DNA of 64,000 bases from the NCBI GenBank assembly GCA_964016885.1, contig OZ024748.1, positions 52,948,001 to 53,012,000 on the forward strand, read 5' to 3'. Numbering within the stretch: position 1 is the first letter of the stretch; the number at the start of each line of letters is the position of its first letter. The position numbers and the translations under genes were made by a program. The stretch is from Eledone cirrhosa. Its lineage: Eukaryota. Shown here one piece after another: positions 57,583-64,000 of this stretch. The notes beneath the pieces were generated by a model. The model was not told the DNA's origin. It saw nothing but the letters and a program-made list of their open reading frames with translations, and did no database searches.

Positions 57583-58685
57583 TAGACACATCTATAGTCA
57601 ACCTCATGTATATACATCCGCTAAGACTATCTCAAGTATTTTCCTCTTCATTTCTCCATGTAACAATTACTCCACCTTGCTCCACACAGACCCACACACA
57701 TGCACAGAGCTACACACACACACACATGCACAGAGCTACACACACACACACACACACATGCACAGAGCTACACACACATGCACATGCACAGAGCTACACA
57801 CACACATGCACAGAGCTACACACACACACAGATCCACACAGATCCTCCCCAGATACACACCCTTCCCCACACACAGACCCCACACAATCTCACACAGATC
57901 TCCCTCCCCACCCACCTACACCGCCCCACACACACATCTCCCTCCCCACCCACCTACACCGCCCCACACACACATATACCCCCTGCTCATAGATCCCCAT
58001 CCCTTCACACAGACCCCAACACAAATTCACACAGATCCGCCCCCACACATACACACACACACAAATCTTCCCCCTACGACAAATCCCCCCACACACACAC
58101 ACATATCCTCTCCTCCCAATAGATCACCCCCTTCCACCCCCCACGCACAAATCTTCCCCCCTCCAAACAGATCATTCCCCCCCCCCGCCCGCCCCCACAC
58201 ACACACATATATCCCATCCTCCCAAAATATCACACACACCCTACATCCCCGCACAACCCCCCTCCTCCAACACCCCCCTTCACCCCACCCCCCACCCCCA
58301 CCCACACCTCCCTCCAAAAAAACAGATAAACCCCCAACGCACACTCACAGATCCCCTCCTCCCAAAATACCCACTCCTCCAACCCCCCCCCCCCCATCCA
58401 TTAGGTGCTGCCATCTTTCAGTGGTGTTTTCTAATTCTGATTCTTGTTTTCAATCATGTCAATTAGTTGAGGCTAATTGTTGTTGTGGTCACATCATCAC
58501 GTCATTTCTCTTCACATACATGAATACACATATAGACTCTCACACAGATGCACACACACACACACACACATATATATACACACACACATGCAAACACACA
58601 CACACACATATATGTTTGTGTATATATATATAGATATAGATACTAAAATATAAGTATTAATAAAATAGATGTACTTTTGATCAAT

Positions 58686-58744
58686 TACATTTTATTATAC
58701 ATATTTCGGATGTACAACAGTACGTCCTCATCAGACAAAATATA
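58686..58744 (-). ncRNA. Type I hammerhead motif (inverted copy of 59023)
   Basis: Exact reverse complement of 59023-59081. Confidence 0.75.
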
Positions 58745-59022
58745 ATGATACCGTCCAAACCCATGCAAGCGTGGAAGATGGACGTTAAACGATGATGATG
58801 GTGGTGATGATGATGATATATATACATACACACTTATATGAATGTCTATATATACACAAATGTATAAATTCCTATATATATATATATACACACTGATATA
58901 TATGTATCATTATATTTTGTCTGATGAGGTTGACTTTGCCTTTCATCCTTACGGGGTCGATAAAATAAAGTACCAGTAATGCACTGGGTAATTGCTGGCC
59001 TTGTGCCTAAAGTAGAAACAAT

Positions 59023-59081
59023 TATATTTTGTCTGATGAGGACGTACTGTTGTACATCCGAAATATGTATAATAAAATGTA
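59023..59081 (+). ncRNA. Type I hammerhead ribozyme motif
   Basis: tatattttgt CTGATGA ggacgtac tgtt gtacatcc GAAA tatgta TA ataaaatgta; 10-bp stem I with 2 GU, stem II 7/8 paired, AUA triplet. Confidence 0.78.
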
Positions 59082-59585
59082 ATTGATCAAAAGAACATCT
59101 ATTTTATTAATACTTATATTTTAGTATCTATATCTATATATATATTTTAATATTAATAACTCCTGAAAATTATTTGCCATTGAGTGCTTCCAATCTACTG
59201 TAAAACTCATTCTTTGATATAATCATCGAATATTGTTTAACAACTTAATATATATAGATATAGATATATATATATATATACCGTCCAAACCCATGCATGC
59301 GTGGAAGATGGACATTAAACGATGATGCTGCTGATGATGATGATGATATATATACATACACACTTATATGAATGTCTATATATACACAAATGTATAAATT
59401 CCTATATATATATATATATACGGGACGGGGTGTAGTTTGTTAGAGATGCCTACTGGCAAGGCGGGTCTTCTCTGTTACTGAGTACCGCCAAAGGTCACGG
59501 TCCAGTGACATTGTCTTGGAGAGGTGTATATATATATATATATACGATATTAAATAAATGGAAACTATATTTATAAAACCATATT

Positions 59586-59651
59586 TATTTCATTATATAT
59601 ATTTCAGGGATATCATATTAAAAATATGGTATGCCTTCTTCAGACAAAATA
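59586..59651 (-). ncRNA. Hammerhead motif in left palindrome arm
   Basis: Mirror copy of 59789-59854. Confidence 0.72.
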
Positions 59652-59788
59652 CAATATAAACAGTCTTATAAATAGATAGATTTGACATACCTTACAACTT
59701 CAACTTCCATTTAAAAAGTTGATTTTTAAATGGAAGTTGAAGTTGTAAGGTATGTCAAATCTATCTATTTATAAGACTGTTTATATTG

Positions 59789-59854
59789 TATTTTGTCTGA
59801 AGAAGGCATACCATATTTTTAATATGATATCCCTGAAATATATATAATGAAATA
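59789..59854 (+). ncRNA. Hammerhead motif in right palindrome arm
   Basis: tattttgt CTGAAGA agg c ata c catatt ttt aatatg a tat c cct GAAA tatata TA atgaaata. Confidence 0.75.
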
Positions 59855-59984
59855 AATATGGTTTTATAAATATAGTTTCCATTTATTTAATATCGTAAAT
59901 ATACTCCAAATACTTGTTGAGTGCTTTTATATCAGTTATAAATATTTACTCGTTGTAACCCAACAATTTAAATAAAACTTTGCT

Positions 59985-60015
<31 letters not shown>

Positions 60016-60018
<3 letters not shown>

Positions 60019-60172
60019 GTGTTAGGAAGGGCATCCGGCCATAGAAAACCTGCCAGATAGTCCTATATGAGGGAGACACGCTCACCCGACCAACCTTGCC
60101 TCAAGTGGGACAACTCCCGTCTAACCCATGCTAACATGGAAGATGGACGTAAAACGAAGATGATGATGATCA
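60016..60172 (+). mobile_element. SINE/LINE 3' tail fragment
   Basis: ggtgttaggaagggcatcc..ccgtctaacccatgctaacatggaagatggacgtaaaac(gat)n; close inverted copy at 63590-63741. Confidence 0.8.
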
Positions 60173-60502
60173 GATGATGATATATATATACCATCATTAT
60201 CATCATCATCGTCAGTCATTTTAATGTCCATCTTCCCTGCTAGGTAGGGTTGGATGGGTCTACATAAACCAAGTCAATACTGAAGTGGCGCTACTGATCT
60301 CCCAGACAAGCCAGGGATCTGTTATCTCACTTATGTACAGTCTCACATTCTACTGAGTGCACCACAGGAGGTTGTCATGTCTTTGACACAACTGAGGCTT
60401 TTCCCAACCCTTTCTTTGGCTAGCTTTCTATGGTTGTAAGCCCTTCCTATCACCAATAACTTTAAAGTGTGTACTGGGTGAATCATATAGATCAACACTA
60501 GG

Positions 60503-61312
60503 GAGGTTGTCATGTCATTGACATGACTGAGAGTTCCTCCCAACCCTCTGTCATGTCCTTGACATGACTGAGGAGTCCTTCCAACCCTCTGTCATGTCCT
60601 TGACATGACTGAGAGTTCCTCCCAACCCTCTGTCATGTCCTTGACATGACTGAGGAGTCCTTCCAACCCTCTGTCATGTCATTGACATGGCTGAGAGTTC
60701 CTCCCAACCCTCTGTCATGTCCTTGACATGACTGAGGAGTCCTTCCAACCCTCTGTCATGTCATTAACATGACAGAGGAGTCCTTCCAACCCTCTGTCAT
60801 GTCATTGACATCACTGAGAGTTCCTCCCAACCCTCAGTCATGTCCTTGACATGACTGAGGAGTCCTTCCAACCCTCTGTCATGTCATTGACATGATTGAG
60901 AGTTCCTCCCAACCCTCAGTCATGTCATTGACATGATAGAGAGTTCCTCCCAACCCTCTGTCATGTCCTTGACATGACTGAGGAGTCATTCCAACCCTCT
61001 GTCATGTCATTGACATGACTGAGGAATCCTTCCAACCCTCTATCATGTCATTGACATGATTGACAGTTCCTCCCAACCCTCTGTCACGACCTTGACAAAA
61101 CTGAGGGCTCCTTCCAACCCTCTGTCATGTCATTAACATGACTGAGGGGGTTTGCCAAACCTCTGTCATGACCTTGACGTGTCTGAGAGTTCCACCCAAC
61201 CCTCTGTCATGTCCTTGACATGACTGAGAGTTCCTCCCAACCTTCTGTCATGTCCTTGACAAGACTGAGGGGATTTGCCAACCCTCTGTCATGTCCTTGA
61301 CAACCCTCTGTT
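60503..61312. repeat. 41-bp hairpin-containing array, ~19 copies, alternating subtypes
   Basis: caaccctctgtcatgtc(c/a)ttgacatgactg followed by aggagtccttc or agagttcctcc. Confidence 0.92.
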
Positions 61313-61654
61313 TGGCAGGCCGTCCATTGCAGAATTCCCTTCCCATCAACCAACCACTCCACAAGGAGACAGCAGCTAGGAGCGTGTGTGGGGAGGGGGA
61401 ATGGGGGTGTGGTGAAGGTAGTAGTGATGTTGGGGATAGGTGTTGGTGAGTTGTGGTGGTATAGGAGGTGAGAGAACAGTTCAAGTTGTATGTTGTAGGT
61501 TGGGTCTCCTTTAGCACCACATAGCACCAGCCCTCATGATCTTTAGTTATTATCTGAATGCATGGTTATAATCACAGAGGTAAATATACTATTTCATATG
61601 AAATACATGGCAAACTGGCATATATCTTCTTAGGTATATGCCAGTTTGCCAATA

Positions 61655-62225
61655 AACTGAGATGCCATCAACTTGGTACCCTTATAAAGATTTGGTCACC
61701 TCTACCACCCAAAATGATGAGGTACCATCAACTTGGTACCCTTATAAAGATTTGGTCACCTCTAACTCCCAAAATGATGAGATGGCATCAAATTGGTACC
61801 CTTATAAAGACCCTGGTTACCTCTAACTCCCAAAATGATGAGGTACCATCAAATTGGTACCCTTATAAAGATTTGGTCACCTTTACCTCCTAAATTGATG
61901 AAATGGCATCAAATTGGTACCCTTATAAAGATTTGGTCGCCTCTACCTCCCAAACTGATGAGATGGCATCATATTGGTACCCTTATAAAGATTTGGTCAC
62001 CTCTACCTCCCAAACTGATGAGATGGCATCAAATTGGTACCCTTATAAAGATTTGGTCACCTCTAACTCCCAAACTGATGAGATGGCATCAAATTGGTAC
62101 CCTTATAAAGATTTGGTCACCTCTACCTCCCAAACTGATGAGATGGCATCAAATTGGTACCCTTATAAAGACCCTGGTTACCTCTACCTCCCAAACTGAT
62201 GAGATGGCATCAAATTGGTACCCTT
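61655..62225 (+). repeat. 60-bp minisatellite, ~9.5 copies
   Basis: Unit ccttataaagatttggtcacctctacctcccaaactgatgagatggcatcaaattggtac; two 61-bp variants. Confidence 0.95.
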
Positions 62226-62835
62226 TGTATGAATGAGTTCTGCCTTCCATTTTTAATAAATAGCTTTTCGCAACTTTATCTCATTATCTTATGAGGAAGA
62301 TGAAATGGTGGGCAGGTGGGTGGAGTGGGCGGTAAACCCTAAGAATTTGTTTAATAACAATAGAATTGGTCATTTGATGCGTCATCCCAAACTGGCAAAG
62401 AAACCCTCTTGGGTCTGATTTCATCCCAAGACTAAATACATATGGATGTGACTCCACATGATTACATACATGCATACATAATACATACATACACACACAT
62501 ACATACATACATACATACATACATACATACATACATACACACATACATACACACATACATACACACACACATACATACATACACACATACATACACACAC
62601 AGATACATACATACATACATACACACACACATACACACACACATACATACACACACACACACATACATATATACACACACGCAAACACACACATACATCT
62701 GTATGTATATAATATATATAATGTCTTGTGAATGGTGGTAAAATAGCAACATCCATCTGAAGGCAATGAAAGAATGATGGATATATATCCCTATCATCAT
62801 CATCATCTGCATGTCTGATGATGATGATGATGATG

Positions 62836-62913
<78 letters not shown>

Positions 62914-63589
62914 ATGTGTGTATGTGTGTGTGTGTGTGTATGTTATTTATTTGTGAAACAGTGATACAGAAGAATGAGGCGAGGAATAGAAACAGAAAGA
63001 AAAAAATTCTAAAATTCATAAAAGAATGAAGAGGGTGGAGGGGGGGGGGGGTAAATAATGAAACAATTAGAGAAAGAGAGGGTGATAGTGAGATGGAGAG
63101 GGAGAGTGCGGCAGTGAGAGTGTGTGTGGGTGAGAGAGAATGAGAGAGAGTGAGAGACAGAAAGAGTAAGATTGACAGAGACAGAGTGAGTGAGAGAAAG
63201 AGAGAGTGAGAGAGAGATAGAGAGAGTGAAAGTGTGACAGTGTGTGAGAAAGATAAAAACTATGTCAGTCATATACTATGTATGTAAGCAGACATACAGA
63301 CAGACACACACACACATATATATACACACACACACACACATATATATACACACACACATATATATATATATACACACACAAACACACACACATATATATA
63401 TATATATACACACACAAACACACACACACAGTGACCTATAAATTTCCAGATACAAAATATCTTTAAATATGACCTTATTTATCATATGTCTGTCTGTCTG
63501 TCCATGTGTGTATGTGTGCATGAGTGTATATGTATGTTTAAATGCGACCGTATTTATCATGTTTGTGTGTGTGTGTGTGTGTGTGTAGC

Positions 63590-63740
63590 ATCATCATCAT
63601 CATCTTCGTTTAACGCCCATCTTCCACGCTAGCATGGGTTAGACGGGAGTTGTCCCACTTGAGGCAAGGTTGGTCGGGTGACCGTGTCTCGCTCATATAG
63701 GACTATCTGGCAGGTTTTCTACGGCTGGATGCCCTTCCTA

Positions 63741-63741
<1 letters not shown>
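63590..63741 (-). mobile_element. SINE/LINE 3' tail fragment
   Basis: Reverse complement of 60016-60172. Confidence 0.8.
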
Positions 63742-63777
<36 letters not shown>

Positions 63778-63889
63778 GTGTGTATATGTTTGTAAGTATG
63801 GACACAGCTTGGCCAAATGGTGAAGATCTTCTCTTAGCAACCATTAGGTTCCTGAGTGAATCCTACTGCATGGTCCAGAGTTCTCAAAT

Positions 63890-64000
63890 ACTCCTTCCAG
63901 GGAATCCTGTCATAAGCAACCATCTCCAAATGATCCAGCTGGGTCCCCAAGCAGGATCAGCCAAGCTCATGGATGTTATCCAACCATCTTCTTCAGGGTC
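63890..64000 (-). mobile_element. RTE LINE 3' fragment related to 49780-49870, without the 25-bp expansion
   Basis: ccttccagggaatcctgtcataagcaaccatctccaa.tgatccagctgg...ctcatggatgttatccaaccatctt. Confidence 0.75.

Larger units (their letters stand above)
59543..59897. repeat. Perfect palindrome, 175-bp arms with 5-nt loop (gttga, 59718-59722)
   Basis: Arms 59543-59717 and 59723-59897 read as exact reverse complements. Confidence 0.95.

Noticed and set aside
61558-62236. 20-aa repeat protein, and ctgatga in each unit as a hammerhead core
   Set aside because: 61-bp variant units break the frame; no stem II-GAAA follows ctgatga

Overview
Repeat-saturated, AT-rich animal genomic DNA with no supportable host protein-coding gene. 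The mix of (TA)n/(CA)n/(GAT)n microsatellites, SINEs with (GAT)n tails and RTE LINEs resembles octopus/cephalopod DNA (inference). Nearly all ORF-track entries are microsatellite artefacts. Supported content: 3' fragments of RTE-clade LINEs and one Tx1/L1-like LINE, two tRNA-derived SINE families, TTAA piggyBac-type MITEs, a hAT-like MITE, a non-autonomous Helitron, many minisatellites (several grown inside these elements), a ~3.2 kb tandem duplication and several foldback palindromes. The most striking unannotated signal is about 15 type I hammerhead ribozyme motifs (CUGANGA...GAAA..UH) on both strands, about 12 plausibly folded and the rest decayed. They come from several sequence families, often lie in inverted pairs or perfect palindromes next to (TA)n tracts, and match the pattern of Penelope-like element pLTRs or retrozymes. 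All folds were done by eye and activity is untested.
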